Under the pieces are notes generated by a model. That model had not been told where the DNA came from. It saw only the letters and a program-made list of their open reading frames with translations, and did no database searches. From Phoronis australis (taxonomy: Eukaryota; Animalia; Phoronida), in contig NMRA01000589.1 in NCBI GenBank assembly GCA_002633005.1, positions 30,641-94,640 on the forward strand: a stretch of 64,000 nt of DNA. The letters are read 5' to 3'. This document shows positions 12,354 through 22,298 of this stretch, piece after piece. The stretch's first letter is position 1. Each line of letters opens with the position of its first letter. Both the position numbers and the translations under genes were made by a program.

Positions 12354-13032
12354 TGTTGTAGATGTACTTCTGGTGAATTATATGAGCCTCTGTTAGCTAC
12401 TCGCTAACGGGCAATTGCCTATCAGCTGAATGGTTAGCACGCTTGCCAGTTTTATGGGGGTCGCTGGTTCGATTCCCGAGTCGGGTGATCTCGGCTATTT
12501 CTACAAATGGCGTAGTTGGCAAACGGATGATCTACCAATGAAGCACAACTAATACCCATGGACCTCAGGACGGTGCGCGTGGAAGGTTCCAGGAGTCAAG
12601 GACCTGTATGAGAAACTACCTTGTGTTCACCTGTGTTGTGGTGGTAAAGGTACCAAGGGACGTTGATGACCAATGCGAGACATCTCGCCTCCCGTTCAGT
12701 AACGCTAGGACCTCGCTAAAAAGCAAGACTTCGCGAGATTACGTGAGATATTGCCATGCATTTTAAATGAGAACACGTGACTTTGACTAGGTTTTAGTTA
12801 GGTCCTAGCGTAGGTCCTAGCGTCTACTGAACGCACGCCTGGTGTTCACCTTCCTGGTCAAGTGCCCGTTCCGTAGGGAAGGGGGGAATGTTGTAGATGT
12901 GCTTCCGGTGAATTATATGAGCCTCTGTTAGCTACTCGCTAACGGGCAATTGCCTATTAGCTGAATGGTTAGCACGCTTGCCGGTTTTATGGGGGTCGCT
13001 GGTTCGATTCCCGAGTCGGGTGATCTCGGTTA
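12354..13032 (+). mobile_element. Same TRIM family; inner copy B, inverted relative to A
   Basis: 5' LTR at 12354-12505 (TGTTGTAG...CTACA), PBS TGGCGTAGTTGGCA at 12508-12521, PPT AGGGAAGGGGGGAA just before the 3' LTR at 12889-~13032. The LTR contains A-box-like TAGCTGAATGG and B-box GGTTCGATTCC. Confidence 0.85.
12687..12839. mobile_element. ~153-bp MITE (family 2) inserted in TRIM copy B
   Basis: TIRs GCCTCCCGTTCAGTA / TACTGAACGCACGCC. It is absent from TRIM copy A. A full copy is at 37010-37163 and partial copies are at ~27795-27880 and ~44247-44350. Confidence 0.85.
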
Positions 13033-13066
13033 GTACATCTACAACACACATGTGACAAAAACCTAC

Positions 13067-13226
13067 TTGATAACGATATGGTATGCATGTCAGCATTTGA
13101 ACTAATCCATGAAATAGAGTCACCCACAATCCTGAAACATCCAGTACACTGGAAGACAATAACCGGTTCATCCTGTTGTTTGTCTTCGGTTTCTGAGTTA
13201 AATTTCGCGCCTGCTTCGGCGGCCAT
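13067..13226 (-). CDS. Mis18-family (Yippee/Mis18 domain; MIS18A/OIP5-like) centromere protein, first coding exon only
   Basis: MAAEAGAKFNSETEDKQQDEPVIVFQCTGCFRIVGDSISWISSNADMHTISLS contains the Mis18 signature P-x-VFQC-xx-C-xx-IVGDS-xx-W. Start context AAAAATGGCC; phase-1 donor GTAGGT at 13066. Downstream exons were not found. Confidence 0.8.
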
Positions 13227-13488
13227 TTTTAAACTGCAGCCACGTGATTTTCAGTGTTTTTGTACAAATTGCCTCACGCAATGTATTTTTTACTGTGTTC
13301 ATGATATTTTTAATGATATGAAACCATCAAAAATTTCACTTCTAGCACTTTTAATACTTCGTTGTTTTCAGCGTTACCGAAATAAATGTCTCAAACAACC
13401 AGGAACTAAAACAGATAGATTTTACTTCCGGTAGTTAGTAACAGTTGACCGGTATATTTTTAACCATCACATACGCTGCGTTAGTGTT
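13227..13488. promoter_or_regulatory. Bidirectional promoter between the Mis18-like gene and MTRES1
   Basis: Only 262 bp separate the two divergent ATGs. It contains E-box CACGTG (~13241), ETS-like ACTTCCGG (~13424) and CHR-like TTTAAA next to the Mis18 start. Confidence 0.6.
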
Positions 13489-16400
13489 ATGTATGCATTT
13501 CTGCGTTTGTTTAGAACTACTGCTTTAGAGTCCTTGAAAATTGATGAAAGTTTCCATATTGTTGCAAGACTAGGTCAACTCGGCAATGGTGGAACTCGAG
13601 GACGAAATCTGGGCAGTGTTCTAACCCAATCGAGCACGACTGTGTCTTTGTCAACTTTGAAGAGAAACTTTCTGTGTTTACATGGAAGCAGACTCTATCA
13701 CACTTCGTTTTTTAAACTCAAGGAATCACCCCTAACCTGTTGTTCAAAAGGACAGTTGTTTAGAAAGTTATGTACAAGAACGCCATCTCGTGTAATTTTC
13801 AAGCGCATACCATGCAAATGTCACGGACTGTCAGGAACTGCTGGAGTTGATGCTATACTCACTGACTTTCAAGTGCCCATGCAGCATCATGACAGACACT
13901 TAGCCAATAGAAAGGATAGGAGGTTAAGGAAAAATGCATTTGAGGTTTGAGCAATCTTAAATTTAATATGTCTAAATCATCTGGACTTCACACCTTTGTC
14001 TAAATTGTTTTGAACATCCAAATTGATAGTTTTCCAAGTCCTTGAAGTCTTCTTTATATTCAAAACCAATTTAACCCAAAATTATGTAACAACCGCAACC
14101 ACCTCAAAGCATTTTCCTACAGTCAGCTAGTGCTTCAAAAATAAGAACAGTGTAACAAAAAATTGAGTCTTGAAATTAAGTCGACCCTAACCTTAGCCTT
14201 GAAATAAATACAATCCTAACATCAATATTACCATTTAAAGCATTTGGAAGAATTATAAACAACCTTTTTAGAACTATTAGAAGAGATAAAATTGATTTTA
14301 ACTGTCAAATTGCATTGTAATTTTGAATTCATTATAATTTGAACCCAAAATGGAAGACGTCTGAGCTTTGTTCTGCTTCTTTGATTTGTCCTTGAACAAG
14401 TTGAACGTCTATATTATGAATTTAATTTGTTTTTTTTAATGTGGTAAAAACCAAGTAATCTGTGTGTTTCCTTTTACTATGTCAATTCTGCCGTACTATT
14501 GGTTTATTGTTAAAACTTTAATTTAGAATGTCAGCGAAAGTGATTCAGAAGAAGAAATTGATCTTAGTGGATTTGAAGATACTGAACATCATGACGAAGA
14601 TAAAGATTTGCCAAAGAATTTCCGAACTCTCCAAGTGAATGTGAAGTCACCTAGGGTTGACTCGTTGATAGCTGCCGGACTCAACATTTCAAGAAGGTAG
14701 ATGGCTGTGGTTATTGCCCACTGAATAATTAGTATTAAACCTGTTGTTCTTGAGTGCACTCTTAATAGATGAATGTACAACTTTTCTGTGCTGACTGTAC
14801 CATACAGCTGCATCGAGATTGTCCTTTGGAAACAAAACGGTGATTATAAAGTAATGTTTTTGAGCATTCTAGAGATTCCATGGAGTCAAAGAGGGCATTT
14901 CAATTCACCACATTGAGAAAAGAATTAACCAAGGATTGACATGCGCATTTGCAGACATTGAAAATAATTGTAATTTCCACTTCTATATTAGTGTACTCAT
15001 TTTATGGCCTCAAAAACAGTAGGAACAATGTACTGCCTACTCAAGTACACGGAAATTGCATTTCTGCGTGCAACCTGCTAATGAACAAGCTCGAGACAAA
15101 AAGAACCTCAGTTGAATTTGAACTAAACATCTTGTTCACCTGAATTATTTGATCCCCTTTCACATATACTTTCCAGAGCCAAAACTACTGGCGTTGTTTT
15201 CTCTGACAGTAATAATCTTACAGTGATCACCATTACATTACAACTAAGTTGATGTTCGGTTGTGAAAAGTTCTGCTGTAAAACTTTGAAAAGAAGTTATT
15301 GCAGAAGTAAGAAAATATGGTGTCGTATCCTCATTTTGTGATACTTGATGTATCCTCGTTTTGTGATACCTTCCTTATGGACATTTCTGTAACTGTTTAA
15401 TTAACTAGGCAATATTTTGTTATCAAGGAATGCACTGATTTGAGAGTCTGGAATTGGATTGGCTATGTCGGATTAAAGATTTCTTGCAAAAACTTCTTTG
15501 AAACTACTATTTCTATCCAATTACCTATAGAGGCTGACATGGCTTATAGGTTTCGCCAGTAATTTCCCAATTGCGGGTGGCTCTTTGGGAGAGACCTTTT
15601 TTACGGAATTACTGATATGAAGTCATATTATATGTCATGCAACTCTACTGATTTCTGGTGAAATTGGCCTCCAACTAACCAGTGAGCTAGCTGTGTATGT
15701 CTGAACACCAAGACGCAGCTAGGAATGATATGGGTAATAAAACTGGCAAAATGTGGAACTTTTTTCACCACTGAAATTCTATTTGCGGTCTCACAATGAA
15801 AGTTACATCCCAAAATGTAGAGCTCCCAACTCTAGCATTCGTGTGAAACCTAGGTTTTACGTTATGTCCATACTCACAAAGGCACCCTGGCATCGGCATT
15901 AATTATAATGCCTTGTTCGCACTGTACTTTCAGTAAAACTGAAGATTACTTCTTGGAAAGTAAACTGCGAGTGAATGGTGAGAAATGTTTGAAGAAATCC
16001 AAAAAGGTTTGTACCACACATGCGCAGTATTTAAGCTCATACACCTACATGAAACACTTAATGAGCAAAAGGCCCAGTAAATTTTGAAACATTGGGTCAG
16101 TGAAACCTGACTTACATCCATTACGGAGGTCACCTATTACAAGTTGTCAATGAATACAACTGGATGGACTTTGTTTAGCGTAGATGATGTTCAAATAGCA
16201 TTGTCGTTGAGTTCCTGCTATACATTAGCAGGAGCATGCAAAAAAATTAAGATGTCTGTTCATCAGATTCTTCACTCTCAGTTCTGCAATTGTATGGTAA
16301 ATTGAACTTTAAATGACATGGGTAAGAAGCATTTGTAGTTGTCAGTTGAGAAATGCGAAATAGCATCTGATGACATACATTTCTATGGACAGTAGCATGT

Positions 16401-17174
16401 TCTAGTTCCCCATCACGGTGAAAGAATAATGTACCAGTCTTATAAAACTTAGCTAAAGGTCATGTGACATTACGGACATATACAGTGGTACCATAGACTC
16501 ATGCACTTGAACCACCTACGAACCTATGAATCATGCATACCAACCCAAAAATCAGGCATACAGACAACAATCATGTGCTTGCACCACAAAAAAATCGTGC
16601 ATACAAACCCAAATCATATGCACGAGCATTCGAATCGTATGCACAAAAACCAAACGATAAAGGGTGCCTGTGATTTGATTCTCGTCTATGATTTTGTGTT
16701 AGTATTTATGATTTTTGTGTTTTCCATGATTTTTGTTCATATGCATGATTTTTGTTCATATGCATGATTTTTGTTCATATGCATGATTTTTGGGCTCATA
16801 TGCATGATTCATAGGTTAGCAGGTGGTTCATGTGTAAGATGCGATGCTGGATGCTGGTGTGTATGATCCTATAGTACCCCTGATATGGCTTGTATGAAGA
16901 CTTCATATTTCTTATACACAATATCTACTTGAATTTTTTTTCGTCATAGTATTTAATAGGGTATTCATGTTGTTTTCAGGTAGGACCTGGTGATTCTCTT
17001 GATCTTGTGATGGAGACGGGCGATGGCTACTTGAAAGTGAAACGTGTTCGAATCTTGGCAGTTTCCGAGGAGAGGACTCGTTCAGATCGTTGTAAAGTGT
17101 TAGTAAAAGCGTGGAGAAATTCCGTCACTTTGGACTTACCGAAGAACGACTTCCACGTCAAGCGAGAAGATTAA
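13489..17174 (+). CDS. MTRES1: Mitochondrial transcription rescue factor 1 (C6orf203 ortholog, S4-like RNA-binding domain)
   Basis: Exons 13489-13944, 14527-14696, 15934-16006 and 16980-17174 have GT-AG boundaries in consistent phase. The product has a basic presequence-like N-terminus, an acidic patch, then VKSPRVDSLIAAGLNISRSKTEDYFLESKLRVNGEKCLKKSKKVGPGDSLDLV...RCKVLVKAW, matching MTRES1. Confidence 0.88.
16483..16882. mobile_element. Fold-back MITE with an internal ~22-bp tandem repeat, in MTRES1 intron 3
   Basis: Termini CAGTGGTACCATAGACTCATGCAC / GTGTATGATCCTATAGTACCCCTG. Subterminal inverted arms GAACCACCT..AACCTATGAATCATGCATA / TATGCATGATTCATAGGTT..AGGTGGTTC. Tandem TTTTGTTCATATGCATGATTT at ~16730-16810. 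Confidence 0.65.
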
Positions 17175-17678
17175 TGGTCTATACATAAAAGTATATCAAG
17201 AGATAGAAAGAATGTGTCCGTATCACTCATGAAAGACGCTCCACACTCAGTGTAGCTGCTACAGAGATCATTTTCATATGATTCATGTAAAATCCATTGG
17301 CTGCTTTGACATCTAACACTAGCTAACGGTTTCACGACAAGTTATTTTGTAGAAATGTAAAACATCCAGTAAAGTATACCGTTGCTAGAAATTTTTACCA
17401 CTTTCAAATGTGGCGATTCAATACTGCTCAGTGTTCTGTGTATCAATGAGGAACTAGCTTTATTGTCATGAGTGTGACGGGTCTGTTATCTCCATCCCTC
17501 CATCTTATGTATATTGGGGAGCAGAAAAATGAAGAAAGACTGCTAATACACTTGATGTGGACTAGAAGACGGTGTTTATCTGTTGCTAAAAAGCACTGAT
17601 GTATTCGTCTCATTTTTTTCTTGGTGCTTGTAAAATTTTCTGAAAGCAACAAAAGTTACAGACTTTCGTAAGATCCTG

Positions 17679-18035
17679 TGCCCAGTTGCATGAAACTGTA
17701 CAAAAGAGGGACTGGACTAAGTTCCCTAAATCTTTTGCCTATTTGTGTCTTTTTAATGATATTTTTGAATAATATAACTAAAAACTAAGCCCTGACTTCA
17801 GTAAAAGTAATTGGGGATTAGTCTTTAAATTAGGGGCGTTGCATGAAAAGATCCCTATTAATTTCTGATAATACTGAGAATTCAATATTCAAGTTCACCT
17901 TCTATTTATATCATAGTCAAAAGACTAAGTAATGAAACTGAAACAGCATAATAAAGAACAATCAGTGTTTTCACAAGTCCGTAGATTTAGGGAACTTAGT
18001 TGACTCTCTGTTAGGGACTTTCTTGCATCTGGGCA
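17679..18035. mobile_element. MITE with a 3-bp CTG TSD, PIF/Harbinger-like (family 3)
   Basis: TIRs TGCCCAGTTGCATGAAA / TTTCTTGCATCTGGGCA, an inner inverted pair ACTAAGTTCCCTAAATCT / AGATTTAGGGAACTTAGT, and CTG on both flanks. Confidence 0.8.
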
Positions 18036-18469
18036 CTGGGATCCATTTTGTGAAAGTGACCTAAGACTAAAGACAGAAATGTGATCTCGTGCCAAATTGT
18101 TGAATAAAGGTTTAGCCTAGTAATTACGATTGCATCACTCTCTAGAAATAGTCTGTTACTAGCAGTTATGTGTATATTCTCAGAGTCTTTGAACTTTGCT
18201 CAAGTGAGATTTAATCATCTCTCAGCAATAGTTATGTGGAGCCATAGACTATAGCACATAGTTGTCTATGATCTATGGTGGACCCTAAGACCAAATTTCT
18301 GTATTAAGTGAAACAGGTCCCATTTGTCTTTTTATGGTACTGAAGGACGCTGTCTCACAGGAGTGACAACACAGTTTTGAAGTGATTTCAAGTGAACTGT
18401 CTCGGAGGTCAAATCTGTTTCAAACTGAAACAATTACACCTTAACATTTTCTACACATAGAAGACTGTT

Positions 18470-19053
18470 GCTGAGAATTTCAGTTTTCTTTATTGTGCAA
18501 AATAAGATTCACAAACATTTTGCGATGTTAAAGAGGTCTTGCTTTGTCCTTCAGTTTCTCAGTTGGGCATTAGTCGCTCTACAATGCCATTTACAAGAAG
18601 TGTCAGTTTGAGTCAATTGCTGGGGTCTACAACATCTAGAGGTGGAAACGATTCCACCAACATGGAGTTCGGTCACCAGATATGAGGCTTTTTCGTTGTA
18701 TATGTGGAGTTCATTTGCCGAGACTCTCTTTACTCTAAACTAAGAAAAAGGTAATGATTTCTTTAAATAGCACAAAATTCAAGATTCAAGAGAGAGAAGA
18801 GAAGATGAGGNGGTGGAGTTTGGATTTCGGACATGAGGGTGAGCAAAGTGCTCTACTTCAGTTAAAACCTTGCGCGGACCGGAGTGGCAGAATTTCATGT
18901 CCTTGGGTTGCGTAGCAGTCAGTCTACTTCTTAGAAATATTACATGACCAGTTCATAGCTGACATCAATGTCAATGCTTGCTTCAAGATATCCCCTGAAC
19001 TTTCAGTTGCAAAATCGATCAAGGCTGGCTGATGGTAAGTTTTAGATCAGGGT
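18470..19053 (-). pseudogene. Collapsed, decayed paralog of the GM2A-like gene A locus
   Basis: 19053-18945 resembles exon 2 of gene A (TTGTAG|ACCCTGATC...GAAGCAAGCATTGACATTGATGTCA). ~18785-18833 resembles 31681-31740, and ~18470-18700 resembles 29115-29400. Order and strand are the same as in gene A. Confidence 0.7.
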
Positions 19054-22000
19054 CTACAACCGTTCTATTGTAAAATCTATTCTTAGTTCCTCCAAGGCAA
19101 GCAGTGACGACGACCACCATCTTCACCATCATCAGCCTATTGACTTGGGAAATGCGGACTTGTGACCAGAGATCGAGTGCTTACTATGTTTGACCAGCTT
19201 TTCACCAACAATTCGAAATTTAAGTGACGAGTACCATATCCACAAGCATATCCGGACGGTTTCAAACAAACCGCTTAAGAGGGCACGAATGTAACACTTC
19301 AAGGTCCAGCCGCCATCGAAAACACTACGCAACCGTGGCCCAGCGGTGATGCGGCCGAAGCAAGTTGATTTGATTTTTAAAAGACTATTTTACTTGCCGA
19401 ATTTTTCGCCAAGCTTGCTATGTTTTTTTTGTTTTATTTATAAACACGTTGGAGGTCGGGTGGAATTCATACGCCGACTGGCCTGGGTATCCGATTATGT
19501 CGCTGGAAAGCGGACGGCGCAGCACTGAAAAAAGTGGGGTGGGGGGGGGCGTGGGCTATAGACCCCGAAGCTCCCTCGGGGAGCATCGCCCAGAGACCAT
19601 CGATGGGCGGCGCAGAACCGGAAAACGTGGGTTGGGGGCTTTAGTCCCCCCCTAGCACCCTACGGTGCGCCGCCCATGTATATATACGTCGCTTTGACGG
19701 CCATTTTTCGTACTTTCAACACCATAACGATCATCATCAGTTATTAAGCCGTGGTCGTTGTCGTGATTGGTGACAACCGGGATTGATCAAGCAGCAATCG
19801 TCTTCATCAATCACTTGTGACCACCGCCATTCACCGCCATCACCGTTACTGTCGTCATCGTTATTATCAACTAACCATGTCTGATCACTTTAAAAGCCAT
19901 TGATCATTATTTAGTTTCGCCACATGCGTTTCGCCGGGTGCGGTAATTGAAAGCACCTGTTTTAAGCAGTCTGAAATCAGACGGGTGACTTTTAACAGTT
20001 TTTGAAGTAAATGGAATTGTTTATCATTTTCGATGACACTTTATCACAAAATTAAAATTAACGACATAGTTTTTGTCGGACTGAATGTGAGCCATTCAGT
20101 TTTCCGTTCTACAAAAATGAACAATTTGACGAGAAGCGTTGTTGCATACGGAAGTGAATTCGGCAGCTTTGTTTTCTTCAAAAGTCATGTAGTCCTGACC
20201 GCTGTCTGCTCTTGAGGAAAAATGACACGTGCACAATGACTTCGAAAAATTGTGAGGTTCTGGTCATTCGTCGACAGATATTTTATTGAACCTGAGTTTT
20301 GGCTCACACTACCGAAAACACGGAGCCTATATTTGATTGAAAACCGTTGCAAACACCTATATAGTAAATAGTGTTGAATCATTAAAATAGAATAATAAAA
20401 AACAGCTGCGGTGATATCTTTGCAGCTAACATTTGCAACACAATATTTTCAAAATCAATAAGATTCCAAACACGGGAAATTAAATATTTGAAAAGTCTAG
20501 GCTTTCGAGCCCATCACGGGTCATTTGTGGTTGTGTGTGTGTGTGTACATACATACATTGTATAAATTATAATATATTATATGATTGTTCACGGCTATAA
20601 AAGGTTTGTTTTTAAGTTAAACGTCTCACTACAGTTTTTCCACTAAAACTTGTTGAACTTTGCTAAATAATACATGTTTAGATCGGATCTGATTCAATGC
20701 GAAATGGGACTCCGTTGTGTGACGCTAATACATTCAGAAATTTGCTTTAAATTTGCATTTTGGTGTCAAAAATAATAAATCGTGCATGTTGGAGAGATTT
20801 GATAATTTGTACGGTGTCGTTTAAAAACCAATCGTTAAAGAAAAAGTTCATTCGACATATGAGGACAGACAGGTAAAGAATTAAATTCAAATTAGTGTAC
20901 ACAAGATCCTGACTACTGGAAAAAAAATGACATCTTCAACTCAAACCGGTCTCTATTAATCACACTAAGGTACATGTAGACTTCGATTATTTGTAACTTG
21001 CAAAGGTAATACTTTTCAGCAAATGGATTTCATCGACACTGTCAGTGAAGTGTTGTTGACGACCGAGAAGGGCAGAGTATTGAAACTCGCTGGTTCCCTG
21101 CGTGCCGCTAGGTGGGGCATTAGCCGCTTTGAAATAGTGTCGACGGGGTAAAATGGATGAGGTGGGAATTAACGTTGTTAATGGTAACCCGGGAAATGAA
21201 ACATGAGTAGGCATGACGATCGTTTAAGGGACGAGTGGCTTTGATGTTATAGGTGGTCATTGTAGTATTATAGCTCTTTAGACTTAGAGATAAATATATT
21301 GAGTTCCGGTTCCATCAGCGTTGTTGTTCCTACAGTCATACTCTCCAGATGCGAACAAAAACGACTCTAGTATGCCGATTTGAGAGATTTTCGTTCCAAA
21401 ATTATGTTGGGACCCCTTTGCTACTTTCTAGATGCGCCACTAATGAGACATTGCATCGGATGCAATGTTTTCTTTTTCGTATGAGGGCGTGCAAAGTTGA
21501 GTGTCGAACGGAACACAAATGTACTGAGAAGTTTGATTTGAGACGTCATCAATGCACTCAAATATTGTTGGCTGTTCGAATAGTTGCTCCGCGTTCCAAG
21601 GCTTTGTTCGGAACGGGACCCGTGGTTTAATCTTGTTACTAGAAATTGAAATTATTTTGGCATTTTCTATTCTGCATTAGTGCTAGCTCAAAATAATTGC
21701 CTTCTGATCTATCCTTAAGAATGGCTTCTACGAATTACACAGTTTGCACCTGATAACCCCAGCACTAAGGCTAAAAATTTGAGTCTTCAAAAGAACAATG
21801 CAGCATGCCCATCACATTTTTCATCTTGGCTGCAAAAACGTTACTTGAAACCTTCTTGTCTACGGCTGGTTTTCCTGGTACATTATAGAAAGTAAGATCT
21901 TGCCATAATTTGGCAGAGCCAGAAGAGCTCGTATCTGTGCTGCAGTCGGCGATAAAACAGAAAGTTCCAAGGCAACGGCTTAACGCAGACGGTTTATTTA

Positions 22001-22298
22001 ATAAATGGCTGTAAAGAAGAGTTTACGGTTTTTGTGTCCATCTCCATTAGAAAGTTTCAGGTTCAACCAATCATGGCCATTTTTCTCAAGCATGCGACCT
22101 GGTCGTAATTTCCTATTCACTGTACAGTAGCCCACGCCCACTGGCGGGCGTGTTTTGGTCTGGGCTGATATATGAACTTTCATGGTACATGTAAGTGATG
22201 ACCATTTTACTTTGACACGAAATCATATAAAGGACGCCTTGCACATGACTGCAATGCCATTCAACATTTGCAAGAGAACTTGATAGACTACTACGACC

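Larger units (their letters stand above)
11837..13046 (-). mobile_element. Miniature non-autonomous LTR retrotransposon (TRIM) with tRNA-like LTRs, Helenus-like; outer copy A
   Basis: 3' LTR at 11837-11988 (152 bp), PPT at 11989-12003, PBS at 12197-12210 (TGGCGTAGTCGGCA on the - strand). The 5' LTR spans 12213-12338 plus 13033-13046, interrupted by copy B. 4-bp TSD CACA at 11833-11836 and 13047-13050. Confidence 0.85.

Noticed and set aside
11860-13020. Four tRNA genes or a SINE cluster
   Set aside because: A and B boxes are present, but there is no proper acceptor or anticodon stem, and they sit within LTRs bounded by PBS, PPT and TSD.
11837-13046. CRISPR-like repeat-spacer array
   Set aside because: Repeats are ~150 bp in both orientations, the spacers are homologous to each other, the context is eukaryotic, and there are no cas genes.
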